Source: Flavobacterium sp. (GTDB taxonomy: Bacteria > Bacteroidota > Bacteroidia > Flavobacteriales > Flavobacteriaceae). Taken from it: a stretch of DNA of 64,000 nucleotides. The notes under the pieces are model-generated. The model made no database searches. It had not been told where the DNA came from and worked only from the letters and a program-made list of their open reading frames with translations. Position 1 is the first letter of the stretch. Every line of letters starts with the position of its first letter. Positions 26,988-35,735 of this stretch are shown here, piece after piece. Where the stretch lies: NCBI RefSeq assembly GCF_046153165.1, contig NZ_JBJXEN010000010.1, forward strand, positions 5,995-69,994, given 5' to 3'. The translations under genes were made by a program, and so were the position numbers.

Positions 26988-27136
26988 AAAATGATGTGTG
27001 AATTAATTATTGAGAATATAAATGAGAATGACTTTTTTTGAATCTTATTTTCCGAAGTATGAAGTGCTTACGGATTCCTATTGCAATATTACAAATTTTA
27101 TTTCAGTAAACAATAGTTTTTTATAAAAAGAAAATA

Positions 27137-27144
27137 TATTTTTG
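27137..27144 (+). promoter_or_regulatory. Bacteroidota sigma-70 -7 element for DUF4293 gene
   Basis: TATTTTTG matches TAnnTTTG, 22 nt before ATG. Confidence 0.55.
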
Positions 27145-27166
27145 TGTTAATAATATAAGATTTATA

Positions 27167-27577
27167 ATGATTCAGAGAATACAGAGTATATATTTATTAC
27201 TTGCATTTATAGTAACTGGTGCGCTTACTTTCGTTTTTCATTTATGGAAATTAGAAAACGGAGAAACAGTTTATTTTATGAGTAATATAGTTTATACTAT
27301 ATTATTTGGATTAAGTACTGTCTTATCTTTACTTAGTTTACTTACGTTTAAAAAAAGACAACAACAATTTGTGATGAACAGATTGAATATAATATTAAAC
27401 TTAATTTTACTAGGATTATTTGTGTATCGAACACTAACTGTATCTGGAGAAACTACGGTTTCGGAGAAGGGTATTGGGATGTTTCTTCCTATTGTAGCTA
27501 TCTTTTTATTGGTTTTGGCCAATAAAGCCATCAAAAAGGATGAAGATCTCGTAAAATCTGTGGATCGATTAAGATAA
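27167..27577 (+). CDS. DUF4293 family membrane protein
   Basis: MIQRIQSIYL start, FKKRQQQ, LANKAIKKDEDLVKSVDRLR end. Confidence 0.85.
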   Translation: MIQRIQSIYLLLAFIVTGALTFVFHLWKLENGETVYFMSNIVYTILFGLSTVLSLLSLLTFKKRQQQFVMNRLNIILNLILLGLFVYRTLTVSGETTVSEKGIGMFLPIVAIFLLVLANKAIKKDEDLVKSVDRLR

Positions 27578-27605
27578 ACCTTTCATCTTAGTTTATTAGT
27601 GCGAG

Positions 27606-27639
27606 AAAAATCCGTTTCAAGAAATTGAAACGGATTTTT
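27606..27639 (+). terminator. Intrinsic terminator
   Basis: aaaaatccgtttcaa-gaaa-ttgaaacggattttt. Confidence 0.85.
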
Positions 27640-27711
27640 TGTTTCATCTAACTGAATTTAGTTAGATGAAAATCATTAATTCTAGGTATTTCACGTAAAT
27701 TTATATTCATA

Positions 27712-27719
27712 TATATTTG
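27712..27719 (+). promoter_or_regulatory. -7 promoter element for the RR-small ORF-kinase unit
   Basis: TATATTTG, 17 nt before ATG. Confidence 0.6.
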
Positions 27720-27736
27720 AAAACTTTAATATCACA

Positions 27737-28405
27737 ATGGAAAATAAAATTAAAATACATTTAGCAGATGACCACCAGGTACTTATAGATGGTATACTGG
27801 CAGTACTAAAAACAAACTCAATGTTTGAAGTAGTTGGATTCTCTTTAAATGGAGAAGGTCTAGTAGAAAGGGTGGCAAGAAACAAAGCCGATATCCTAAT
27901 CATGGATATAAATATGCCCGAAAAAGACGGTATACAAGTATTACGAGAAATGAATGAAGTAGGATTTACTTGTAAAGTGATTGTTTTATCTAGTTACGAT
28001 GATGCCAAACTAATTAAAGAAGTAATTAAATTAGGAGCTAGTGGTTATCTTACAAAACAATGTGCTGGTGAAAACATTATTGATGCTATAACAACAGTTG
28101 CTTATGGCAATCAGTATTTTTCTGATGTTATAAAAGATAAGATTTTTAATATTTATACAGGAAATAATAACGACCACAATCAAGCATTAAATATTGATGA
28201 TTTAATTTCTAGCATAACTACTAGAGAACTAGAAATCCTAAACCTAATTAGTCAAGAAAGAAGCGGGAAATACATTAGTGATTTACTAAATATTAGTGTA
28301 AACACAGTTGAAACGCATCGCAAAAACTTAATGAAAAAACTTAATGTAAAAAGTTCTATCGGACTTGTTGTTTTTGCAACCAAACATAATTTAATAGAAA
28401 AGTAA
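27737..28405 (+). CDS. NarL/LuxR-family response regulator
   Basis: ADDHQVLIDG, MDINMP, HTH TTRELEIL..ISVNTVETHRKNLMKKL. Confidence 0.93.
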   Translation: MENKIKIHLADDHQVLIDGILAVLKTNSMFEVVGFSLNGEGLVERVARNKADILIMDINMPEKDGIQVLREMNEVGFTCKVIVLSSYDDAKLIKEVIKLGASGYLTKQCAGENIIDAITTVAYGNQYFSDVIKDKIFNIYTGNNNDHNQALNIDDLISSITTRELEILNLISQERSGKYISDLLNISVNTVETHRKNLMKKLNVKSSIGLVVFATKHNLIEK

Positions 28406-28424
28406 CCAATAAAAACGTAATACT

Positions 28425-28709
28425 ATGACCTATGACATGCTAGGAGTGTTTTCTTTTGACGAAGTAAACACCGAAAATTTTCAGCTTTCTTTTGAAATTC
28501 CTGACAATTGTAATTATGAATTCACTGCTGCTGCAGGAGTATGCACAATTGCTATAAAATTAAATCCAGGACAAAACGAACCTTCTAAAAATTTTGTAAA
28601 TTGTAAAGAAACTTCTGTGATCATTAACAAAAAAGCAACAGCAAATTTTGAACAATATCAAAAATCTGGGGTTACAATTAAAAAGCCAAATATCACCATT
28701 GGTTTTTAA
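28425..28709 (+). CDS. Small hypothetical protein (94 aa) between RR and kinase
   Basis: ATG 19 nt after RR stop; stop overlaps the kinase 5' end; beta-rich, 3 Cys, no signal peptide. Confidence 0.65.
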   Translation: MTYDMLGVFSFDEVNTENFQLSFEIPDNCNYEFTAAAGVCTIAIKLNPGQNEPSKNFVNCKETSVIINKKATANFEQYQKSGVTIKKPNITIGF

Positions 28710-30474
28710 TAAAACCACATATAATAAGACATTAGCTTTAATTTTTTTAACTGCTAGTCAGTTCTGTTTTGGTTTTCAAAGTTTGAAAACCAAAACAGAT
28801 TCTGTGTCTTATTATATAGAAAAAAATAATTTTATAAAAGCATTAAACTATGCTCACAAAAAATCAGAAAATTATTTAGCCACTAAAAATTATAATGCTT
28901 ATTGCGACATCATGATTCAAAAATCTGAGATTTATAGAGGGCTTAATGATATCGAGAATACAATAAAAATACTTTATGAAGCAAGAAATATTGCTGAAAC
29001 AAATAACTTATTAGAAAAGCAAGCATTAATATATAGAGCTATTGGTAATGTTAATGGAATAATTTTCGAATACAGTAAAGCAAAAAAATACCTACATAAA
29101 GCTAATAAAATAGCTTTAAAACTAAACGACAACAGTTTATTAATAAAAGTGAATCAAGGTCTTTTTAAAATATTCATGGAGACTGAATCTGATAGTGCTT
29201 TATACTATTTAAACAAAACAGATTATTATACTAAAAAACTAAAAAGTCCAATTGAAATTGCTGGCACTCAAGCTAATTTTTATTCATACTATACTTCAAA
29301 AAACGATAATATAAAGGCAAAAAAATATTTAGATAGTTCTTATAGTATTGCATTAAAAATAGGAGACAAAACTTTAATCTCCAGTTCTAAAAACAACTTA
29401 GGTGTTTATTATATGACTGTAGAGAAGGATTTTAAAAAAGGTAAACAACAATACCTCGATATTATAAAAATGTTCCCTAACAAGGAAAACTCAACTGCTC
29501 TTTCTAATGCTTATTTGAATATATCTTACGCTTACGAAAAATTAGGGGATTATAAAAACGCTTACTTATATAACAATAAGTTTTTAGAATTACAAGACGA
29601 AAAATATACAAGTAAATTAGCTAAATCTAATCAAGAACTTGAAATAAAGTATGCCATAAATAAAGTTGAAGAAGAATTTAAAGAAAAAGAAAAGACAATC
29701 AATGAGAAACAAGACAAAAATCAAAAGTTATTGTTATTATTTGCTTCATTGTTTATTTTAGCTGGATTTATTTTTTATTTCTACTATCAAAATTTATTAT
29801 TAAAACAAAAAAGCAAACTAAAAGATATTGATAACAAACTACAATACAAAATTATTAGCGCTACACTTGATGGACAAGATCAAGAGCGAAACAAAATATC
29901 AGGTGTTTTACATGATCATGTGAGTGCCGTTTTATCATCGGTAGGATTACATCTATCAGCTTTTGAAAGTGGTTTGACAAAAGATCAAATTAGCGATTTG
30001 AAGAAAACGCGATCTTTGCTAAAAGACGCTCATGACAAAGTGAGAGATTTATCGCATGAACTAGTTCCTCCATTATTAGTTAAATTTGGTTTGCCATTCG
30101 CTTTAAAAGAATTATGTGCAAATAATTCTAACTCACTAATCTCATTTAATTTTCGCTCGACTCTTGCAAAAGACAGAAGATACAATCCTGAATTTGAAAC
30201 AAAAATATTTTTTATAGTTTCAGAATTGCTAAACAATGTCATGAAACATAGCAAAGCTTCAAAATCTAAATTATCACTCGAAGAAATTGAAGGAAATTTA
30301 TACATTATTATTACAGATAATGGCATTGGTTTTAATGCAAAAAACATTAGTGTATCTAATGGTTTTGGTATCACTCAAATTCGAGCAAGGATAAGAAATA
30401 TGAAAGGTGATATGAAAATCAAATCAAAAATTGGAGATGGAACTGTAATTAATATAAAAGTTAGTATCCTTTAA
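28699..30474 (+). CDS. TPR-repeat periplasmic sensor histidine kinase (HisKA_3/NarX-UhpB type)
   Basis: Likely TTG start at 28699 giving a signal-peptide-like N-terminus (ORF track starts at 28648); helical repeats, one TM, ERNKISGVLHD H-box, ELLNNVMKHS/DNGIGF/GFG. Confidence 0.85.
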   Translation: MVFNKTTYNKTLALIFLTASQFCFGFQSLKTKTDSVSYYIEKNNFIKALNYAHKKSENYLATKNYNAYCDIMIQKSEIYRGLNDIENTIKILYEARNIAETNNLLEKQALIYRAIGNVNGIIFEYSKAKKYLHKANKIALKLNDNSLLIKVNQGLFKIFMETESDSALYYLNKTDYYTKKLKSPIEIAGTQANFYSYYTSKNDNIKAKKYLDSSYSIALKIGDKTLISSSKNNLGVYYMTVEKDFKKGKQQYLDIIKMFPNKENSTALSNAYLNISYAYEKLGDYKNAYLYNNKFLELQDEKYTSKLAKSNQELEIKYAINKVEEEFKEKEKTINEKQDKNQKLLLLFASLFILAGFIFYFYYQNLLLKQKSKLKDIDNKLQYKIISATLDGQDQERNKISGVLHDHVSAVLSSVGLHLSAFESGLTKDQISDLKKTRSLLKDAHDKVRDLSHELVPPLLVKFGLPFALKELCANNSNSLISFNFRSTLAKDRRYNPEFETKIFFIVSELLNNVMKHSKASKSKLSLEEIEGNLYIIITDNGIGFNAKNISVSNGFGITQIRARIRNMKGDMKIKSKIGDGTVINIKVSIL

Positions 30475-30475
30475 A

Positions 30476-30970
30476 TTATTTATTTCCCAACTCTATAATT
30501 TCTAAATCTTTTATTTTATCCCCTTCAATAACAAAACGCAGCATGGTTCTCACAGTATGAAAACCACTCTTTCCACAAGCTCCAGGATTCATATGCAATA
30601 AATTAAGTTTTTTATCAAATTGTACTTTTAGTATATGAGAATGTCCGCAGATAAATAATTTTGGCGAATTTTGTTGTAATTCTTCTCTAATATTTGGGTT
30701 ATATTTTCCAGGATAACCACCAATATGAGTTATCCAAACATCAACATCTTCACACATAAAACGATTGTGTAGAGGAAATTCGAGTCTTGCTTTTGCATCG
30801 TCAATATTACCAAAAACAGCTTTTAATGGTTTTATTTTCTTAATAGCATCAGTTACATCGAGATTACCAATATCACCTGCATGCCATATTTCATCTGCAA
30901 GATTTACATATTTTAAAATAGCCTCGTCAATGTGACTATGTGTATCGGAAAGTAAGAGAATTTTTTTCAA
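30476..30970 (-). CDS. Metallophosphoesterase (YfcE-like phosphodiesterase)
   Basis: SDTH, HAGD, GNID and GHSH motifs; TTG start. Confidence 0.88.
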   Translation of the reverse strand: MKKILLLSDTHSHIDEAILKYVNLADEIWHAGDIGNLDVTDAIKKIKPLKAVFGNIDDAKARLEFPLHNRFMCEDVDVWITHIGGYPGKYNPNIREELQQNSPKLFICGHSHILKVQFDKKLNLLHMNPGACGKSGFHTVRTMLRFVIEGDKIKDLEIIELGNK

Positions 30971-31025
30971 AAGAGAATTTTGTTTGAAACTAGCTTACAA
31001 AGCTATACTAAATATTTAAAATTAG

Positions 31026-31033
31026 TATATTTG
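31026..31033 (+). promoter_or_regulatory. -7 element only 5 nt upstream of the cysteine desulfurase ATG
   Basis: TATATTTG-tcaca-ATG. Confidence 0.55.
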
Positions 31034-31038
31034 TCACA

Positions 31039-32166
31039 ATGAAAAAAGTATATTTAGATAACGCTTCTACAACGCCACTTCGTCCAGAAGTTATTGAAGA
31101 AATGGTTCAAGTTTTAATGAATGATTACGGAAATCCGTCATCAACTCACGCATTTGGCCGACATTCAAAAAACTTAATAGAGCTTTCTAGAAAAAGTATT
31201 GCAAAAAATCTTAACTGTTCTGGACAAGAAATCATATTTACATCATGTGCAACTGAAGCAAATAATTTTATTATTCAGTCTTGCATTCGAGATCTAAAAA
31301 TAGAAAGGATAATTACAAGTAAAATAGAACATCATGCTGTTTTACACACGATTCAAATTCTGCAAAAAACATATAACATCCAGGTAAATTATGTAAATAT
31401 TTTAGATTCTGGAGAAATAGATTTAGTTCATCTTTCTCATTTATTAGCATCGGAAAATAAGACTTTAGTAAGTTTAATGCATGTAAATAATGAGATTGGG
31501 ACTGTTCTTAATCTTAGTAGAGTGGCAAAAATATGCAAACAATACCAAGCATATTTTCATACTGACACTGTACAATCTATTGGGAAAATAAAATTTGACT
31601 TGCAAGAAATACCAATAGATTTTCTTGTTGCGGGCGCACATAAATTTTATGGCCCAAAAGGAATTGGTTTTGCATTTATACGAAAAGGAATTGTTTTAAA
31701 TCCAATATTATTAGGAGGCGAGCAAGAAAAAGGAATGAGAGCAGGAACAGAAAGTGTACATAATATTGTAGGAATGTCTAAAGCTTTAGAGTTATCTTAT
31801 TTGTATTTAGAAGAAGAAAGAAAACATATTACTGAACTCAAAGAATATACAATATCACAATTAGAATTTCATTTTTCAGGAGTGAAATTTAATGGAAATA
31901 CGAAAGATACATTTTATAATATATTAAATATTATTTTACCGTTTTCTGAAGAAAAAACTTCGATGATTTTATTTAATTTAGATATGAAAGGAATTGCCGT
32001 TTCACGCGGAAGCGCATGCCAGTCAGGAAGTATAAAACCGTCTCATGTTTTGGCAGAAATTTTATCGGAAGAAGATTTAAAAAAGCCAAGTTTACGAATT
32101 TCTTTTAGCCATTATAATACAAAAGAAGAAATAGATTATTTGATTGAAAATTTAAAATTATTATAA
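31039..32166 (+). CDS. iscS: Cysteine desulfurase (IscS/NifS group I)
   Basis: YLDNASTTP, GNPSS, AHKFYGPKG (PLP Lys), RAGTE and SRGSAC motifs. Confidence 0.88.
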   Translation: MKKVYLDNASTTPLRPEVIEEMVQVLMNDYGNPSSTHAFGRHSKNLIELSRKSIAKNLNCSGQEIIFTSCATEANNFIIQSCIRDLKIERIITSKIEHHAVLHTIQILQKTYNIQVNYVNILDSGEIDLVHLSHLLASENKTLVSLMHVNNEIGTVLNLSRVAKICKQYQAYFHTDTVQSIGKIKFDLQEIPIDFLVAGAHKFYGPKGIGFAFIRKGIVLNPILLGGEQEKGMRAGTESVHNIVGMSKALELSYLYLEEERKHITELKEYTISQLEFHFSGVKFNGNTKDTFYNILNIILPFSEEKTSMILFNLDMKGIAVSRGSACQSGSIKPSHVLAEILSEEDLKKPSLRISFSHYNTKEEIDYLIENLKLL

Positions 32167-32271
32167 GATAATTTAATTTCCGTATATTTTATTCCATTTA
32201 ACATATACTTTTTTATGTTTATTTTAACTAAAGTTCGAATTTGGCTTTAACCTAATTTTATGATTAATACC

Positions 32272-32279
32272 TACTTTTG
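32272..32279 (+). promoter_or_regulatory. -7 promoter element for ABC transporter
   Basis: TACTTTTG, 17 nt before ATG. Confidence 0.55.
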
Positions 32280-32296
32280 TATTAAAATAAAACCAA

Positions 32297-34081
32297 ATGG
32301 CTAGGTACGTAGAAAACGATTTACCAAAATCAAAAATAAATGCAAGTTCATTAAACAAGGCAAAATTAATATTCAAATATGCTGGAAATCATAAATGGAA
32401 ATTCTATGTCGGACTAGTATTTTTATTGCTAACAGGCGCAACTGCATTAGCATTTCCTAAGTTAATGGGAATGTTAGTAGATTGTGTAAAAAACAAAAAT
32501 TTATCACAAGCAAACAATATTGCTTTAGGATTAGTTGGTATATTATTATTTCAATCTTTCTTTTCTTTCTTCAGAATATCATTGTTTGTAAACTTTACCG
32601 AAAATACACTAGCCAATTTACGATTAGCCTTATATAGTAATTTAGTAAAACTTCCTATGAGTTTTTTTACTCAGAAAAGTGTGGGAGAGCTAAATAGCCG
32701 TATAAGTACTGATATAACTCAAATTCAAGATACATTAACTAGTACAATAGCTGAATTTTTACGTCAATTTATTCTAATTATTGGAAGTTTTGCATTGCTA
32801 GCAAGCATTAACATTAAACTTACCTTAATGATGTTGTCTGTCGTTCCATTAGTAGCAGTTGCTGCAGTTTTTTTTGGGAGATTTATCAGAAAATATGCGA
32901 AAAAAGTACAAGATCAAGTTGCGGAGAGCCAAGAAATCGTTGTCGAATCGATGCAAGGAATTAGTATTGTAAAAGCATTTGCAAACGAATGGTACGAAAT
33001 TGCTCGTTACAAAAACAAAATTAACGAAGTTGTTAAAGTGGCCATAAAAGGTGGGAATTACCGTGGATATTTTGCTTCTTTTATCATTTTTTGCCTTTTC
33101 GGAACCATTGTAGCTGTTGTTTGGTATGGCGTAACATTAAGTATTAATGGGGAAATGACTGTGGGAGAATTAATTTCATTTGTATTATATTCAACTTATG
33201 TAGGTGCATCTTCTGGAGGAATTGCCGAATTATACACTCAAATTCAAAAAGCAGTTGGAGCAACAGAACGTGTTTTCGAATTATTAGAAGAAACTCCCGA
33301 AAGAATAAATACAGTTCAATCATCAATTAAAGAAAAAATAAAAGGAGAAGTAACTTTTCAGAATGTGGCATTTACATATCCTTCTCGAAAAGAAATTCAG
33401 GTATTGAAAGATGTCAGTTTCAAAGCTACTTTTGGTCAAAAAATAGCCATTGTAGGTCCAAGTGGTGCTGGAAAATCGACTATATCCTCCTTATTACTTC
33501 GTTTTTATGATATAGAGAGTGGTTCTATATTAATAGATGATAAAAATATTTATGATTATGATTTAGAAAATCTTCGTGGTAATATGAGCATTGTACCACA
33601 AGATGTGATTTTATTTGGTGGAAGTATTAGAGAAAACATTGCTTACGGAAAACCAGATGCTACCGAAGAAGAAATTATGAATGCTGCTAAACAAGCCAAT
33701 GCACTTAACTTTGTAAATGGATTCCCTGAGAAATTTGAAACTATTGTTGGAGAACGAGGTATCAAATTATCTGGAGGACAACGTCAACGAATTGCTATCG
33801 CTAGAGCTTTACTAAAAAACCCTAGTATTTTGATTCTTGATGAAGCTACCTCATCATTAGATAGCGAGAGTGAAAAACTAGTTCAAGAAGCACTAGAAAC
33901 ATTAATGGAAGGAAGGACTAGTATCATTATAGCACACAGATTATCAACCATTAGAAATGCCGATACAATTTTAGTTCTTGACAATGGTGTTGTTGCAGAA
34001 CAAGGAACACATAAAGAGCTAATAGAAATAGAAAATGGTATTTATAAGAATTTAAGTAATTTGCAGTTTAGGGATTTTTAG
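32297..34081 (+). CDS. ABC exporter, fused permease/ATPase (MsbA/ABCB type)
   Basis: 6-TM domain, GPSGAGKS, LSGGQRQRIAIARA, LDEATSSLD and IAHRLST motifs. Confidence 0.93.
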   Translation: MARYVENDLPKSKINASSLNKAKLIFKYAGNHKWKFYVGLVFLLLTGATALAFPKLMGMLVDCVKNKNLSQANNIALGLVGILLFQSFFSFFRISLFVNFTENTLANLRLALYSNLVKLPMSFFTQKSVGELNSRISTDITQIQDTLTSTIAEFLRQFILIIGSFALLASINIKLTLMMLSVVPLVAVAAVFFGRFIRKYAKKVQDQVAESQEIVVESMQGISIVKAFANEWYEIARYKNKINEVVKVAIKGGNYRGYFASFIIFCLFGTIVAVVWYGVTLSINGEMTVGELISFVLYSTYVGASSGGIAELYTQIQKAVGATERVFELLEETPERINTVQSSIKEKIKGEVTFQNVAFTYPSRKEIQVLKDVSFKATFGQKIAIVGPSGAGKSTISSLLLRFYDIESGSILIDDKNIYDYDLENLRGNMSIVPQDVILFGGSIRENIAYGKPDATEEEIMNAAKQANALNFVNGFPEKFETIVGERGIKLSGGQRQRIAIARALLKNPSILILDEATSSLDSESEKLVQEALETLMEGRTSIIIAHRLSTIRNADTILVLDNGVVAEQGTHKELIEIENGIYKNLSNLQFRDF

Positions 34082-34095
34082 AAACAAATCATTTT

Positions 34096-34569
34096 ATGAG
34101 AACAATAAATGTAAAATATAATTCATCTTGCAATTATAGTTTGTTTGAAAATGACATTGAAATTGGCAATCTAATATACAAAGACCAACGATTGTCATTT
34201 GCTATATATAAGACTAAAGTAAATAATTATTATGTTATTAACGAGAGTACCTTTTTTAAACATGAATTTAAAATTATTCATAATCAAAAAAATATTTTTG
34301 GAATAAAAATAAAACAAAATTGTCGTTTTACAATAGTCAATTTTGAAAATGAAAAAACATATACTTTAAATCAAAGCGGCTTATTATTTAGAAAAGGTCA
34401 ACCATTAAGTTATCAAGGAAAAGTGATTATTCAAGTAAAACGTAAATTTAATTGGAAAAAGTTTAGAACCGAATATATTATGAATTCAAAATTAGATAAT
34501 TGTGAAGATCATTTCTTTTTTATAGCAATATATTGTGAAACATATTATGATAATTTTCTAACAGACTAA
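34096..34569 (+). CDS. Hypothetical AT-rich protein, 157 aa
   Basis: Clean ORF between ABC gene and terminator; beta-rich; no motif recognised. Confidence 0.55.
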   Translation: MRTINVKYNSSCNYSLFENDIEIGNLIYKDQRLSFAIYKTKVNNYYVINESTFFKHEFKIIHNQKNIFGIKIKQNCRFTIVNFENEKTYTLNQSGLLFRKGQPLSYQGKVIIQVKRKFNWKKFRTEYIMNSKLDNCEDHFFFIAIYCETYYDNFLTD

Positions 34570-34599
34570 AAAAAACTCCAGAGAAATCTGGAGTTTTTT
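34570..34599. terminator. Bidirectional terminator
   Basis: aaaaaactccaga-gaaa-tctggagtttttt. Confidence 0.85.
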
Positions 34600-34618
34600 G
34601 TATCAAATAGAAAAATTT

Positions 34619-35659
34619 TTATTTGATATATTCTATTTTTTGAACCTCTTCAGCATTTACACTATCAAAAAAGCCTTGAGCACTCATCCATTCGTCACTA
34701 AATACTTTACTCATATAACGAGAACCATGATCTGGAAAAATAGCAATTACATTGCTGTTTTCATTAAACTCTCCTTCTTCGGCATACTGCAAAATAGCTT
34801 GCATAACTGCTCCTGAAGTATATCCTACAAAAAGTCCTTCGGTTTTTGCAATATTTCTTGTCATGTGAGCACTTTCTTCATCGGTCACTTTGACAAATTT
34901 ATCAATCAAATCAAAATCAGTAGCAGTAGGAATTAAGTTTTTTCCCAAACCTTCTATTCTGTATGGGTAAATTTCATCATTATCAAACTCTTTTGTTTCG
35001 TGGTATTTTTTTATCACAGAACCATAAGCATCTACTCCTAAAATTCTAATATTTGGATTTCTTTCTTTCAAAAACTTTGCAGCACCAGAAAGTGTTCCTC
35101 CTGTTCCTGTACAAGCAATTAAGTGTGTTATGTTTCCGTTCGTTTGTTCCCAAATTTCTGGACCTGTACTTTTATAATGTGCTTCAATATTTAAATCATT
35201 AAAATATTGATTGATATATACTGAGCCTTTTGTTTCTTCGTGTAAACGCTTTGCTACATTATAATAAGAACGCTCATCATCAGCAGATACATGAGCTGGA
35301 CAAACATATACTTTTGCTCCCATACTACGCAACATGTCAATCTTGTCGGCAGATGATTTAGAGCTTACTGCAAGTATACAATCATAGCCTTTTATAATAC
35401 TAACCATAGCCAAACTAAATCCTGTATTACCAGAGGTCGTTTCTATAATTGTATCTCCAGGCTTGAGTATTCCTTGTTTTTCCGCTTCTTCGATAATGTA
35501 TAACGCAATTCGGTCTTTAGTAGAATGTCCAGGATTAAAGGCTTCCACTTTAGCATAAAAGTTACCTTTTAAATCTTCGGTAATTTTATTGATTTTAATA
35601 AGTGGTGTGTTACCTATTAGTTCTAAAACGTTATTGTATGCTTGTATATTTTGTTTCAT
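34619..35659 (-). CDS. PLP-dependent cysteine synthase / cystathionine beta-synthase family protein
   Basis: [17 protein letters not shown] (PLP Lys), TSGNTG and GTGGT motifs. Confidence 0.9.
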   Translation of the reverse strand: MKQNIQAYNNVLELIGNTPLIKINKITEDLKGNFYAKVEAFNPGHSTKDRIALYIIEEAEKQGILKPGDTIIETTSGNTGFSLAMVSIIKGYDCILAVSSKSSADKIDMLRSMGAKVYVCPAHVSADDERSYYNVAKRLHEETKGSVYINQYFNDLNIEAHYKSTGPEIWEQTNGNITHLIACTGTGGTLSGAAKFLKERNPNIRILGVDAYGSVIKKYHETKEFDNDEIYPYRIEGLGKNLIPTATDFDLIDKFVKVTDEESAHMTRNIAKTEGLFVGYTSGAVMQAILQYAEEGEFNENSNVIAIFPDHGSRYMSKVFSDEWMSAQGFFDSVNAEEVQKIEYIK

Positions 35660-35712
35660 ATAATAGTTAATCGAGGCATTATTTTTGAAAATTTAATAAC
35701 TCCAAAACTCTG

Positions 35713-35720
35713 CAAATTTA
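35713..35720 (-). promoter_or_regulatory. -7 promoter element for cysteine synthase family gene
   Basis: TAAATTTG on minus strand. Confidence 0.5.
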
Positions 35721-35735
35721 TAAAAAAAAATTTAA

